64,000 bases of DNA from Deltaproteobacteria bacterium (lineage in GTDB: Bacteria; Desulfobacterota; Binatia; Binatales; Binataceae): positions 3,835 through 67,834 of the forward strand of contig JAJYYI010000127.1 in assembly GCA_021801125.1 (NCBI GenBank), read 5' to 3'. A program made the position numbers and the translations under genes. Below are positions 51,120 to 61,776 of the stretch, in pieces. The notes beneath the pieces are model-generated. The model saw only the letters and a program-made list of their open reading frames with translations. It had not been told where the DNA came from and did not search any database. The first letter of the stretch is position 1. Each line of letters begins with the position of its first letter.

Positions 51120-54017
51120 GTGTCACAGCTTGACTACAAAGCCACCCTCAATTTGCCGCGGACAACCTTTCCGATGAAGGCGGACCTGCCTCGGCGGGAG
51201 CCGCAGATCCTTGCCCGCTGGAACGAAATCAAACTTTACGAGCGCCTGATGGAGCTGCGCAAAGACGCTCCCAGCTTTGTACTCCATGACGGGCCGCCCT
51301 ATGCCAACGGCCCCGTGCATATGGGGACCGCGCTCAACAAAATCCTCAAGGATTTCATCGTGCGTTCCCGCTCGATGGCTGGCCTGAGAACGCCTTTCGT
51401 TCCGGGCTGGGACTGCAACGGTATGCCTATCGAGCATCAGGTGCTGCGCGAAATGGGCGCCAAGGCGCGCTCCACACCCAAGCTTAAGTTGCGGGAGCTT
51501 TGCCGGAGCTACGCCGAGAAGTTCATCACGGTGCAACGAACGGAGTTTCGCCGCCTGGGTGTGCTCGGCGATTGGGAGCGTCCGTACCTAACGTTCGATC
51601 CGCAGTACGCCGCCGCTGAAATCAGCGTGTTGCGCAAACTTGTGGAAGCCGGGTACGTCTACCGCGGCCTTCGTCCCGTGCATTGGTGCTGGTCGTGCCG
51701 CACGGCCTTGGCCGAGGCCGAGGTTGAGTATCGCGACCATGTCTCGCCTTCGATTTACGTCCCGTTTGCCCTAAACCAGCGTGTGTCGGACGCGGCCGCA
51801 TTAGCGGCCAATCCTGCGGACCGCGCGGTGCTCGCCGACGCGCATGCGCGGGGTCGCTTATTCGCCCTCATCTGGACCACCACGCCGTGGACGATCCCGG
51901 CCAACCTTGGAATTTGCCTCAACGAGGGCTTCGACTACGTGGCACTCCAGAGCGACAACGGATGCTACATCGTTGCCGCTCGCCTAGCGCCTGCGGTGCA
52001 AAGCGCCTGCTCGCTCAAGGTCATCGCGACGATACCCATAAGCCGCGAGGCGCTTCGCGCCCTCGACGGGCAAGACATCTTTCGTCATCCGCTGATCGCG
52101 CGCGACGGTCGCCTGATGTTCGCCGATCACGTCACCTTGGACAGCGGCACCGGCTTGGTGCATACGGCGCCGGGCCACGGGTACGAGGACTTCATCGTCG
52201 GCAACCGCTACGGGCTGGAGACCCTCACCCCGGTCGACGAGGCCGGCGTGTTTACCAACGAAGCGCCTGCTTACGTCGGCCGTCAGGTGTTGGAAACCAA
52301 TGACGCGATAGTCGAGGACCTTCGCGCGGCGGGCGGGTTGCTGCACGCCGAGCAAGTGAGCCATAGCTATCCGCACTGTTGGCGCTGCAAAAACCCGGTC
52401 ATCTTCCGCGCTACGGAACAGTGGTTCCTGCGCGTCGACCATGACCGGCTGCGCGAACGGGCGCTGGCCGAGATTGACAAGGTCACCTGGATTCCGCGTT
52501 GGTCGCGCGACCGCATCGGCAATATGGTCGAGCGGCGCCCAGATTGGTGCCTGTCGCGCCAACGACTGTGGGGGGTGCCGATACCGGCGCTGCGCTGTCT
52601 CTCCTGCGGCGACGTCGCGCTTCGACTCGAAGTGCTTCGCCGTTGCGAGGAGATCTTCGCCTCCGACGGCGCGGATGCGTGGTATGTGCGGCCGTTGTCC
52701 GATTTCATCGGCGCTGATCTTCACTGTGAGCGATGCGGCGGCCACGGCTTCGACAAGGGCCAGGATATTCTCGACGTATGGTTCGACTCGGGCTGTTCGC
52801 AAGAGGCCGTTCTCGCCCAGCGCGCCGAGCTGACCTGGCCGGCGGATTTATACGTTGAGGCGGTCGACCAACATCGCGGGTGGTTTCAGGTTTCGCTCAT
52901 TCCCGCAGTGGCGCTTCGCGGCGCGGCGCCGTACAAAGCAGTTCTCACGCACGGGCTTACGCTGGATGAACTGGGCCGCAAGATGTCTAAGTCGCTGGGC
53001 AATACCGAGAACGCCGCGCAGGTGATCGAACGCGTGGGCGCCGACGTATGCCGTTTGGTTTTCGCCTCGGTTGACTTCACCGCCGACATGAACGTGGGCG
53101 AGACGGTTTTCACCGCGACCGCGGAAGCCTACCGCAAAATCCGCAACTCGTGCCGCTACCTGCTGGGCAACCTGTTCGACTTTGATCCGGCAATCCACAG
53201 CGTGCCCTTCGCGCGCCAAATCGAATTCGACCGCTTTATCCTCGGACGGCTCGAAGCGTTGAAGACGCGCGTGCGCCAAGCTTACGACGTCTACGATTTT
53301 CAGGCGGCTTACAATGCACTGCTCAACTTCGTGGTCGTCGACTTGAGTTCGCTCTATATCGACGTTGTTCGCGACAGGCTTTACTGCTCGATCGCAGACT
53401 CGCCGGAGCGGCGGTCAGCGCAGACTTCTCTCTATCTCATTCTGGACACGTTGACGCGGCTGCTCGCTCCGTTTCTGCCTTACACCGCCGACGAGGTTTA
53501 CGCCCACCTGCCGGGCAAACGCGATCGCGAAAGCGTTCACCTGCTCGAGTTCGCCCCCGCCCAACCGTTATGGGCTGACGCCGACCTGGCGCGCCGCTGG
53601 GAGTATCTGTTGGCAATTCGCGGGATCGCGCTGAAAACGTTGGAGGCGATGCGCCAGGCGGGCGTGATCGGCGCCTCTCTCGAAGCGCGTCTGCGGCTGG
53701 GCGTGACCGGCGACGGCGCAAGCGATGCGAGAGCCGCGCTCGGCACCGACCCGGGGACATTAAAGGAGCTGTTCATTGTCTCGGACGTAGAGCTGATGAG
53801 CGCCGAAGATGCGGCAAAGATGAAAGCCCTGGCGGACGCCGCGCAGAGCGAGACGTTCAACCTCGATGGCGCGCTAGGAAGGGTAAGTTCGCGGCCGCCC
53901 CTGGTCGTGCTCGGCGAACGGGCTTCTGGCGACAAATGTCCTCGGTGTTGGACCTACGAGCCGCTTCAGGGCGACCCTCCGCTCTGTCGCCGATGCCGCA
54001 CGGTAATCCAGGCGTGA
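51120..54017 (+). CDS. ileS: Isoleucine--tRNA ligase.
   Basis: 965 aa with HMGTALNK (HIGH), KMSKS, and the C-terminal zinc finger CPRCW...CRRC. Confidence 0.95.
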   Translation: MSQLDYKATLNLPRTTFPMKADLPRREPQILARWNEIKLYERLMELRKDAPSFVLHDGPPYANGPVHMGTALNKILKDFIVRSRSMAGLRTPFVPGWDCNGMPIEHQVLREMGAKARSTPKLKLRELCRSYAEKFITVQRTEFRRLGVLGDWERPYLTFDPQYAAAEISVLRKLVEAGYVYRGLRPVHWCWSCRTALAEAEVEYRDHVSPSIYVPFALNQRVSDAAALAANPADRAVLADAHARGRLFALIWTTTPWTIPANLGICLNEGFDYVALQSDNGCYIVAARLAPAVQSACSLKVIATIPISREALRALDGQDIFRHPLIARDGRLMFADHVTLDSGTGLVHTAPGHGYEDFIVGNRYGLETLTPVDEAGVFTNEAPAYVGRQVLETNDAIVEDLRAAGGLLHAEQVSHSYPHCWRCKNPVIFRATEQWFLRVDHDRLRERALAEIDKVTWIPRWSRDRIGNMVERRPDWCLSRQRLWGVPIPALRCLSCGDVALRLEVLRRCEEIFASDGADAWYVRPLSDFIGADLHCERCGGHGFDKGQDILDVWFDSGCSQEAVLAQRAELTWPADLYVEAVDQHRGWFQVSLIPAVALRGAAPYKAVLTHGLTLDELGRKMSKSLGNTENAAQVIERVGADVCRLVFASVDFTADMNVGETVFTATAEAYRKIRNSCRYLLGNLFDFDPAIHSVPFARQIEFDRFILGRLEALKTRVRQAYDVYDFQAAYNALLNFVVVDLSSLYIDVVRDRLYCSIADSPERRSAQTSLYLILDTLTRLLAPFLPYTADEVYAHLPGKRDRESVHLLEFAPAQPLWADADLARRWEYLLAIRGIALKTLEAMRQAGVIGASLEARLRLGVTGDGASDARAALGTDPGTLKELFIVSDVELMSAEDAAKMKALADAAQSETFNLDGALGRVSSRPPLVVLGERASGDKCPRCWTYEPLQGDPPLCRRCRTVIQA

Positions 54018-54559
54018 GTTTTGAGACTTCGCCGGCGAGCGGCAAACCGGCGGGTTCACCTCACAAAGTCAGCCGCCTCGCGGTTGTATGGTTGCCTCTT
54101 CTGGCCGGCACTTTACCGGTTCTGCTGCTCGACCAATTGAGCAAGGTATACGTCAGCCACCATTTCTTTCCCTATCGTGGCTGGCCGCTGATACCTAACT
54201 GGTTCGACCTCACCTTCACGACGAATCCTGGGGCGGCTTTCAGTCTTTTCGCCGGCGGGCCGCCATGGGTGCGCACGGCGTTTCTATGCGCGACGGCTGC
54301 GGTCGCGGCGATCATCGTGGTGGTCCTGCTCTTGCGGGGCCAGGAGACGCGGCTGACCGCGTGGGGTCTGGCGTTGATTCTGTCCGGCGCCGTGGGAAAT
54401 CTTATCGACCGACTGCGCCTGGGCGTGGTGGTTGATTTTATCGACGTGCATTACTACTCCCATCACTACCCGGTCTTCAACTTGGCCGACTGCGCGATCA
54501 CCATCGGTGTCGGCCTGATTCTGCTGAGCGCCCTGCGCCGCTCGCGCCAGTCGAGCTAA
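54014..54559 (+). CDS. lspA: Lipoprotein signal peptidase II.
   Basis: LLLDQLSK...FNLAD, with conserved Asp residues. The probable GTG start overlaps the ileS stop (GTGA). The track ORF 53936..54559 extends back into ileS. Confidence 0.85.
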   Translation: MSFETSPASGKPAGSPHKVSRLAVVWLPLLAGTLPVLLLDQLSKVYVSHHFFPYRGWPLIPNWFDLTFTTNPGAAFSLFAGGPPWVRTAFLCATAAVAAIIVVVLLLRGQETRLTAWGLALILSGAVGNLIDRLRLGVVVDFIDVHYYSHHYPVFNLADCAITIGVGLILLSALRRSRQSS

Positions 54560-55566
54560 CCGCGCACGGCTCGAAAGACCGTCACTTGCGGCAGAAAGGC
54601 GTGGACCGTCTACCTCGCCAGCGTCGCGCCCCTTTGCCCCCGAGCCCGCAAAGCATTTCTCCGTCTGCATCGTCTTTCGCAAAAGCCAAAGCGTGGTGTA
54701 AGACGCCAAACTGACTCAATTAGGTCCAGCGCGTGACTGATTTAGATTGAAGGAATCAAGGCGCCTACGCGTCCGCATCTAGGCAGCCGCTCACAGGTTC
54801 GCCCGTCGGTAAGCGAAGATCTTTGCCGGAGTGAACACTCGAAAGCCTACGCAAACCTTTACTCCCCAACCCCTTGGCCTGCCCCGCCCCCGAAAATCAA
54901 GTTAGGCATGTAACACGCATTTTTTACATACAAACCACGCTCTAAGACGGCGCGCTACCACTTACGTTTTCTGGAATATATCTAACGGCACGGCTTTCGC
55001 TATAAACGTGAACAGTTGGCAGTTGAGCTGGTTTTGAAAGTGGAGAAGCCGTTTCGCTTGAGATCATGTACGTTGGGATCGAAGCTCGTCGGCCTCCCGT
55101 TTCGATTCTAGCCCTCGTCGCGAGGGTTTGAGCAGCGTCGATACCGGATACTTAGGGCTCCCAAGGCTGGCTTCGAGTTAATGCGCGAGGCCTGGGCTCT
55201 GCTTGAGTAACCCAAGTTCACGTTTTGGGGGTTTAAACTTTCAATCGGCTTGGCGCGGCGGCTCGAATTGTACCCGCAGCAAATGTCGGGGCAAAGAGTC
55301 TTTTGCAAAGTTTAGACACGTTTTCGCTGGGGCGAATTTGCAAAAACCCCCTTTTAACATAGCGCCAATTACGGGTATACTAAGAACTAAGACAAGAAAA
55401 ACAGTCGTTGGCTTATAACGGGTAATCTTGGCGCGTGAATCTTCGGGATTGCTTGACCGCCACAGGGCTACCATGCTCTGTGGCTGGCACGGAAGTCTCT
55501 TCGTTAGCGCAAGGCTCAGCGCGACCCGTGAAATGAGCCGGAATTGACATCGGAGGTTAGAATTCC

Positions 55567-55800
55567 ATGGCTGATTACAGCGCTTCTCAAGGTGGCACCA
55601 GGGTTCTCACGGTTAGGGAACTGTCCGAATACCTGCGAGTGCATCCTTCAACCATCTATAGGTTGCTCAAGAATGGCCAGCTACCTGGCTTTAAGGTGGG
55701 TAGCGACTGGCGCTTCGACGTCGAAACGATCGACCGATGGCGCGCCTCGCAAAGCTCGATGAGCACCTTGGAGGGCCAAGTCAAGGAGTCAATGGTGTAA
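55567..55800 (+). CDS. Excisionase-family (MerR-like) helix-turn-helix DNA-binding protein, standalone.
   Basis: LTVRELSEYLRVHPSTIYRLLKNGQLPGFKVGSDWRFDVETIDRW. GGAGG lies 8 nt before the ATG and a TTGACA sits upstream. Confidence 0.65.
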   Translation: MADYSASQGGTRVLTVRELSEYLRVHPSTIYRLLKNGQLPGFKVGSDWRFDVETIDRWRASQSSMSTLEGQVKESMV

Positions 55801-55910
55801 CCGTTTGCACCTCTTAGACGGTCGCCCAACTCGGCTTATTGAAGCTGAAGATTGTTAATGCACGTTTATGGGCGCATGCGGCTGGGCTCGGCACCTGATC
55901 TTTAAAGTGG

Positions 55911-55959
55911 TTCTTACTGCTGCCCGTAGCCTGTTGAAGCAAGCAGGTTACGGGCAGAG
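55911..55959 (+). terminator. Hairpin CTGCCCGTA-n20-TACGGGCAG followed by GGGCTTTATTC, between the convergent excisionase-HTH gene and aroB.
   Basis: Read directly. Confidence 0.35.
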
Positions 55960-55963
55960 GGCT

Positions 55964-57046
55964 TTATTCGGCCCTCGCCAGATGGCGGAGCAATTCGTCG
56001 AGTGTAATGCGAAGGGTAATTGCTTGACCCAATTCTCGTAACAGGATAAGTCGCACAGAGCCGGATTCGCGCTTTTTGTCCAGCGCGAGAGCATCCACGA
56101 ATTTCTGATCTTTCCAACCAGGGAGGAGTTCCGTCGGTAGGTCTGCGCCCTTAAGCCAGCGCTCCAGGCGCGCCACGGCGCACGCGTCAAGGCCGGCGAG
56201 GGTTTTAGACAGTCGCGCCTCCGCCACCATCCCGATAGCGACTGCTTCCCCGTGAAGCAGGCCGCCGAACCCTGACGCAACCTCCAGCGCATGGCCCACG
56301 GTATGCCCAAAGTTGAGTAGTGCGCGTAAACCCGCCTCTCGCTCGTCGCGCTCCACAATTGTGGCTTTATGCCTCAAGCATAGCGTGACAAAATGCCCCA
56401 ATATGTCCTCACTACGTCTCAGGATCGCAGCCTGATCTCGCTCAAGCTGCTCGAACATCTCCACGTCCATGATAGCGGCATATTTGATTACTTCCGCCAA
56501 GCCTTCACGAAATTCACGTTCCGGCAAGCTGCGCAGCACAGCAATATCGGCAGCGATAAGAGCGGGCTGATAGAACGCGCCGATAAGGTTTTTGCCCAAT
56601 GGATGGTTGATTGCGGTCTTGCCCCCCAACGCCGAGTCAACCTGGGCAAGCAGGCTCGTAGGAACCTGGACCAGCGCTACCCCGCGCAAAAAAGTCGCCG
56701 CGGCGAATCCTGCGAGGTCGCCGACAACACCGCCCCCTAGAGCGACGATCGCGCTGTGCCGGTCAAATCGCGCCTCAACCAACTTGTCATAGATTCGCTC
56801 GAGTGTGGCGAACGACTTAGACCGCTCGCCGGGCTCTACCTCTATCACCAGCGGCGCGTCGTCCAGGGGCTTTAGCGCGTGCACCACACGTTCGCGGTAA
56901 AGCGACCCTACATTGGTATCGGTCACCACCGCGACCCGGCCGTTCAGACCTGCAGCCAGCGAAAGCGAGCCGATTTGCTCGAGCAGTCCGCAGCCTACAT
57001 GAACCGTATAGGGACGCGGTTTGATGTCTACGTTAAAGCTTTGCAC
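55964..57046 (-). CDS. aroB: 3-dehydroquinate synthase.
   Basis: GGGVVGDLAGFAAATFLRGV, HPLGKNLIGAFYQP, and the metal-binding His region. Confidence 0.95.
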   Translation of the reverse strand: MQSFNVDIKPRPYTVHVGCGLLEQIGSLSLAAGLNGRVAVVTDTNVGSLYRERVVHALKPLDDAPLVIEVEPGERSKSFATLERIYDKLVEARFDRHSAIVALGGGVVGDLAGFAAATFLRGVALVQVPTSLLAQVDSALGGKTAINHPLGKNLIGAFYQPALIAADIAVLRSLPEREFREGLAEVIKYAAIMDVEMFEQLERDQAAILRRSEDILGHFVTLCLRHKATIVERDEREAGLRALLNFGHTVGHALEVASGFGGLLHGEAVAIGMVAEARLSKTLAGLDACAVARLERWLKGADLPTELLPGWKDQKFVDALALDKKRESGSVRLILLRELGQAITLRITLDELLRHLARAE

Positions 57047-57594
57047 GGATTTCGGCCGGCGCGTTCCAGCGCCGCCAGCACGGCGTTGACAACATCCTCG
57101 ATGGAAAGATCGGAGGTGTCAACGTTCACTTCGGCGCGCGCATACGCAGCCTGGCGTCGCGCCATCAAATCTTCGATCGCTTCCAACAAGGGAGCGCCGC
57201 TCTCAGTAAGCTTCGGCCGCACTTGCGAGCATTGCGCAACCCGCGCCGCGACTACCTCTGGTCGGGCGCGCAGCCATATCACGACACCCACCGCCGCCAT
57301 GGCCTCGAAATTTCCTGGTTCGACCAAGGTGCCGCCGCCCGTCGCGACGACCGCAGGAGCCGGGTCGGCGGCGAGTTCGGCGACCAGCCCACGCTCAAGC
57401 TCACGCAGACGAGGTTCGCCGTCTTCAACAATGATCGCCGCTGGGCTCTTGCCGCAGCGGTTCTCGATCTCCTGGTCGGTGTCAATGAACCTAAGCCCGA
57501 GTCTTTGAGCCACAGCTGAGCCAACCCTGCTTTTGCCGGTGGCCATAAAGCCGGTCAGTATCACCTTTTGTCTTCCCGGGCCCATTGCGGTCAA
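57028..57594 (-). CDS. aroK: Shikimate kinase.
   Basis: ILTGFMATGKSRVG (Walker A), FIDTD, GGG. Confidence 0.9.
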   Translation of the reverse strand: MTAMGPGRQKVILTGFMATGKSRVGSAVAQRLGLRFIDTDQEIENRCGKSPAAIIVEDGEPRLRELERGLVAELAADPAPAVVATGGGTLVEPGNFEAMAAVGVVIWLRARPEVVAARVAQCSQVRPKLTESGAPLLEAIEDLMARRQAAYARAEVNVDTSDLSIEDVVNAVLAALERAGRNPCKALT

Positions 57595-57667
57595 ATTATC
57601 GAGGGTCGCAGCGCAGCTTGGTTGGTTGCTTGCGGGGGCTTTTGCCGACGCCGACTTTCGCGTCTGG

Positions 57668-58834
57668 CTAAAAATGCTTGATCTGTTTGCAATAGCCCTC
57701 GTAGTTTCGAGTAATTTCTACCAGCGAGTCGCCGCCGAACTTCTCCAGAAGCGCCTTGGCCAGCTCAAAAGCAACCACGGTCTCGGCAATCACGGCCGCT
57801 GCCGGCACGGCGCACACGTCTGAGCGCTCGATCGTTCCCAACGCCGGTTCCTTAGTTTTGATGTCAACCGAGCGCAGCGGCTGCATCAAGGTCGACAAAG
57901 GCTTGAATGCTACCCTGACTCGCAAAGGCTCGCCGGTGCTCATGCCGCCTTCGGTCCCGCCCGAGTTATTCGAAAGTCGCAGGAAGCGTTGCGCTTCCTT
58001 GTCGTAGCCGATTTCGTCGTGCAATGCCGATCCGCGCAGCGCCGCAGCCCTAAAGCCAAGCCCCAATTCCACGCCCTTGGCCGACTGCAAGCTCAACAGG
58101 GCGTAGGCCAGCCGGCCGTCGAGTTTGCGGTCCCATTGCACGTGACTGCCCAAACCCACAGGCAGGCCCGTCGCGACCACTTCGACCACACCGCCCAGAG
58201 TATCACCGGCCTGCTTGCAGGCGTCGATTTCCGCGATAATCGCGGTCTCGGCTTCGCGGTCAAGCACGCGCACCGGAGACTGTTCGGCGGCCTCGCGAAG
58301 CGCCCTCAGGTCGGCCGTGGCCGGCGCCTTGGCGAGCGTAGCTCCGATGCTCACAACGTATCCGAGCACGTCGATGCCGAACGGCGAGAGAAGCTGGCGA
58401 GCCAGGGAGCCAACGGCGACGCGCGCGGTGGTCTCGCGTGCCGAGGCCCGCTCAAGCACGTCGCGTATATCGTCGAGATGGTACTTCAGCGCTCCGGCGA
58501 GATCGGCGTGGCCCGGCCGCGGACGGGTCACAGGATGGGCCGCGCCGCGGTCCGCCGGATCGATCGACATTCGCTTGTGCCAGTTTTTGAAGTCGCGGTT
58601 CTCGACCGTCAGCGTCACCGGGCTGCCCGTCGTGAGTCCGAAGCGCACTCCGGACAGCACGCGAACCTCGTCTCGCTCGATAGCCATGCGGCCGCCTCGC
58701 CCGTAGCCTTTCTGGCGGCGCGCCAAATCCTGATTAATCTGCTCGACACTGACGGCGAACCCCGCGGGCACGCCTTCCACGATCGCCGTCAACATGGGAC
58801 CGTGGGATTCGCCTGCGGTGAGAAAACGTAACAT
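57668..58834 (-). CDS. aroC: Chorismate synthase.
   Basis: MLRFLTAGESHGP...GRSSARETA-like, and the FMN-binding region. Confidence 0.95.
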   Translation of the reverse strand: MLRFLTAGESHGPMLTAIVEGVPAGFAVSVEQINQDLARRQKGYGRGGRMAIERDEVRVLSGVRFGLTTGSPVTLTVENRDFKNWHKRMSIDPADRGAAHPVTRPRPGHADLAGALKYHLDDIRDVLERASARETTARVAVGSLARQLLSPFGIDVLGYVVSIGATLAKAPATADLRALREAAEQSPVRVLDREAETAIIAEIDACKQAGDTLGGVVEVVATGLPVGLGSHVQWDRKLDGRLAYALLSLQSAKGVELGLGFRAAALRGSALHDEIGYDKEAQRFLRLSNNSGGTEGGMSTGEPLRVRVAFKPLSTLMQPLRSVDIKTKEPALGTIERSDVCAVPAAAVIAETVVAFELAKALLEKFGGDSLVEITRNYEGYCKQIKHF

Positions 58835-59129
58835 CGACGTGAGGACTTAAGTCAGCCACAGGCGGCGGCACTTACCGCGTCCGCTCGCCTTAAAAAAAGA
58901 TTATTCGATTCAAGCAGAGTTGGCCACGCATTTAAAGCGCGCACTTCGGACGTCCCATTCTCGCCGCCACGTCACCCGCTATACTTGCTGGAAAGCGGAC
59001 TCGAACGCATCGAATCGATGGAAATAAAGGAGGCGTTAATAAACTGGGACATTCTATAATGGCGGGCTTTCAGTCCGGCTCGCAACGGCCGCCGACGGTT
59101 GGACTTGTCGCAGCCTTTCGCGGGAACTA

Positions 59130-61679
59130 TTGCTAGTACCCGGTCTTGCTGGGCCGGTTAACTTCTCGGCGCTTGACGACACTCTCGGAATTTTCTTGCT
59201 CAACGAGACAACGACACTTGAACCTGGCTCACCAGTAAGGGTAGCCCAGGTGCTGCTTCTGGCACCGTCAAAGGCGGTGGGACCGTTGAGCTACGCCGTA
59301 CCCGACCACTTGGCCTCATCGCTAAAGCCAGGCCATCGCGTATTGGTGCCCCTGCGCTCTCATAAGCTCACGGGCATCGTCCTCGGATTTGAAGACAGCG
59401 CGCCCCTGAACCTGAAGCCCATCGCCGATCTCCTTGACTCAAGCCCCATTTTGGACGGGGCCCATATCGAGCTTTTGCGCTTCATTTCACGGTACTATCT
59501 GGCCTCGCTAACGGAGGTATGCAGGGCGATCATCCCGGCCGCCTTGCGGGTGGAGACCAGGAACGTCTACAAGCTAGTGCGCGCGCCCAACGCGCTGGAA
59601 TCAGCCGCCCTGAGCCGCGCCGAGCATCAGATACTCGCCGCCCTGTCGAAGCGCCCGCTTACGTCTTCGCGTCTTGAACAAATGACCGACAGGACCCGGG
59701 GCGCCCTGGTCAAGCTCGAAGCGCTCGGGCTTATCGCTCGCGTCGCCTCCAAACGGGGCGCGCATCGTCCATCCCTCCCGCATAGCGTGCGGCTCGTCGC
59801 GACCGACGTGCAGCGCGCGATTCGAGGCGTGCATCAGCGCCGCGTGCTCGATATTTTTCTCCATGCTGCGGGCCACAAAATGGCGACCGCAGAGTTCGCG
59901 GCGGCGAGCCCGCAAGAGAAAAACGCGATTCGTACCCTGATAAAACGAGGCGTCTTGGAGAGTGTCGAGCGCGAGCCGGTGCTCTCAGCCTCGGGTTTCG
60001 ACCCGGGCTCGCCATTCGAGCTCAACGCCGACCAAAGGGAGGCTATTGCGGCGGTCACACCCGCGATTGAACACGGGCGTCCCCAGACGTTCTTGCTGTG
60101 GGGCGTGACCGGCAGCGGCAAGACCGAGGTTTATCTCAGGCTTGCCCAGCGATGCGTCGAGCAGGGACGGCGAGCGTTGGTCCTCATTCCGGAAATCGGC
60201 CTCACCGAACATCTTATCGGCGCTTTTTATGCGCGCTTCGGCTCCCGCGTCGCGGTCCTGCATAGCGCTCAGCGCTCCTCCGAGCGCTGGGCGGGATGGA
60301 GCGCGCTTCGCGACGGAAAGGCCGAAATCGCGATCGGCCCGCGTTCCGCTATCTTCGCGCCGCTTAGCGACCTTGGGCTCGTGATCGTGGACGAGGAACA
60401 CGACGGCTCCTACAAGCAGGAAGAGGGAGTTCGTTATAACGCGCGCGACCTTGCCGTCGCGCTCGGCTCGTTCAGCTCGTGTCCGGTGGTTCTGGGCTCG
60501 GCCACGCCGTCGGCCGAATCGTACGTTAATGCCCGGCGAGGCCGTTATCGGTTGATCTCCTTGACGCGCCGGATTCTGGACCGCCCGATGCCGGCGGTGG
60601 AGGTGATCGACCTGCGCAAGAAAGCCGCCAAAGCCTCTCGGCCCCAACCCGACAGCGGCGCGCGAAGCGGCGGCGAGGGATTGCCGCTCTCGGCGGAGCT
60701 GCTCGACGCTTTGCGCGAAAACCTCGCTGCGGGTTCGCAGAGTATCGTCTTCCTCAATCGTCGGGGCTATCACAATGCTCTTCAATGCCGTTACTGCGGC
60801 AGCGTAATGTGCTGCAACGCGTGCAGCGTGAGCCTCAATTTTCATCTCCAGGATCGGTCGCTGCGCTGCCACTACTGCGGCGAGCATCGGCCGGCGCCGC
60901 AAAACTGCCCCGAATGCGGCGCCTATGGTCTCGAAGGTCAGGGTTATGGCACTGAACGAATCGCCAGCGCGCTGGCTGAGTTGTTGCCGCAAGCGCGGAT
61001 CGAGCGCATGGACAGCGACGCAAGCCGCCGGCGCGCTAGCAGAACGCGCACGCTGGAGGCTCTCGCCGCGGGCGAGGTCGACATTCTGGTCGGCACCCAG
61101 ATGGTTGCCAAAGGTTTCGATTTCCCCGCGGTCACGCTCGTCGGCGTGGTCTTGGCCGACCAGACGCTCAACTTGCCCGACTTCCGCTCGGCCGAACGGA
61201 CCTTCCAGTTGCTGACCCAGGTCGCCGGCCGTGCCGGACGCGGCGAGCGCCCCGGGAAAGTGCTGATTCAAACCTTCGTGCCGCATCATTACAGTATCCG
61301 AGCGGCCAAGGCTCAGGATTACGCGCGCTTTATGCGGCGGGAACTCGAGCTTAGGCGCGAGCTCAACTATCCGCCGTTTGCTAAGCTCGCTCTGATGCGT
61401 TTTGAAGGGCTCGATCAGACGCGTATTGCTAAGCTTGCCGGCGAGACCGCGAGCGCCTTCTCGCTAAGCGCCTGTACTAAGGACCTGCAGGTCACCGGGC
61501 CCTCGCCGGCGCCGATAGAGCGGCTGAAAGGCCGGTATAGATGGCAACTGATGGTGCGCACACGCACCGCGAAGTCGATGCACGAGGCGCTGGATGAGGT
61601 CCGCGCGCGCGTTGAAGCAGCGGCCAAGCGCGACAACGTCAGAATGATTCTCGACATTGATCCGATCAGCATGCTCTAA
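59130..61679 (+). CDS. priA: Primosomal protein N' (replication restart helicase PriA).
   Basis: Walker A GVTGSGKTEVYL, DEEHD, and a Cys-rich zinc-binding insertion (CRYCGSVMCCNAC...CHYCGEH...CPECG). The track starts at a TTG; the true N-terminus is uncertain. Confidence 0.9.
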   Translation: MLVPGLAGPVNFSALDDTLGIFLLNETTTLEPGSPVRVAQVLLLAPSKAVGPLSYAVPDHLASSLKPGHRVLVPLRSHKLTGIVLGFEDSAPLNLKPIADLLDSSPILDGAHIELLRFISRYYLASLTEVCRAIIPAALRVETRNVYKLVRAPNALESAALSRAEHQILAALSKRPLTSSRLEQMTDRTRGALVKLEALGLIARVASKRGAHRPSLPHSVRLVATDVQRAIRGVHQRRVLDIFLHAAGHKMATAEFAAASPQEKNAIRTLIKRGVLESVEREPVLSASGFDPGSPFELNADQREAIAAVTPAIEHGRPQTFLLWGVTGSGKTEVYLRLAQRCVEQGRRALVLIPEIGLTEHLIGAFYARFGSRVAVLHSAQRSSERWAGWSALRDGKAEIAIGPRSAIFAPLSDLGLVIVDEEHDGSYKQEEGVRYNARDLAVALGSFSSCPVVLGSATPSAESYVNARRGRYRLISLTRRILDRPMPAVEVIDLRKKAAKASRPQPDSGARSGGEGLPLSAELLDALRENLAAGSQSIVFLNRRGYHNALQCRYCGSVMCCNACSVSLNFHLQDRSLRCHYCGEHRPAPQNCPECGAYGLEGQGYGTERIASALAELLPQARIERMDSDASRRRASRTRTLEALAAGEVDILVGTQMVAKGFDFPAVTLVGVVLADQTLNLPDFRSAERTFQLLTQVAGRAGRGERPGKVLIQTFVPHHYSIRAAKAQDYARFMRRELELRRELNYPPFAKLALMRFEGLDQTRIAKLAGETASAFSLSACTKDLQVTGPSPAPIERLKGRYRWQLMVRTRTAKSMHEALDEVRARVEAAAKRDNVRMILDIDPISML

Positions 61680-61776
61680 CCTGCTTTGTCCGAAGCCGCA
61701 CTTGTCCGCAAAAAATGGCTTATCTTTTACGGGTAAACAGTCTTTGGTAGGCTTACACGGGAGTTTGAGTAAGCGA

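Noticed and set aside
51984-53279. 272-aa and 143-aa minus-strand ORFs.
   Set aside because: They are antisense to ileS.
57989-58831. 280-aa plus-strand ORF.
   Set aside because: It is antisense to aroC.
59985-61289. 434-aa minus-strand ORF.
   Set aside because: It is antisense to priA. It is a low-complexity Arg/Ala/Gly translation typical of GC-rich antisense frames.
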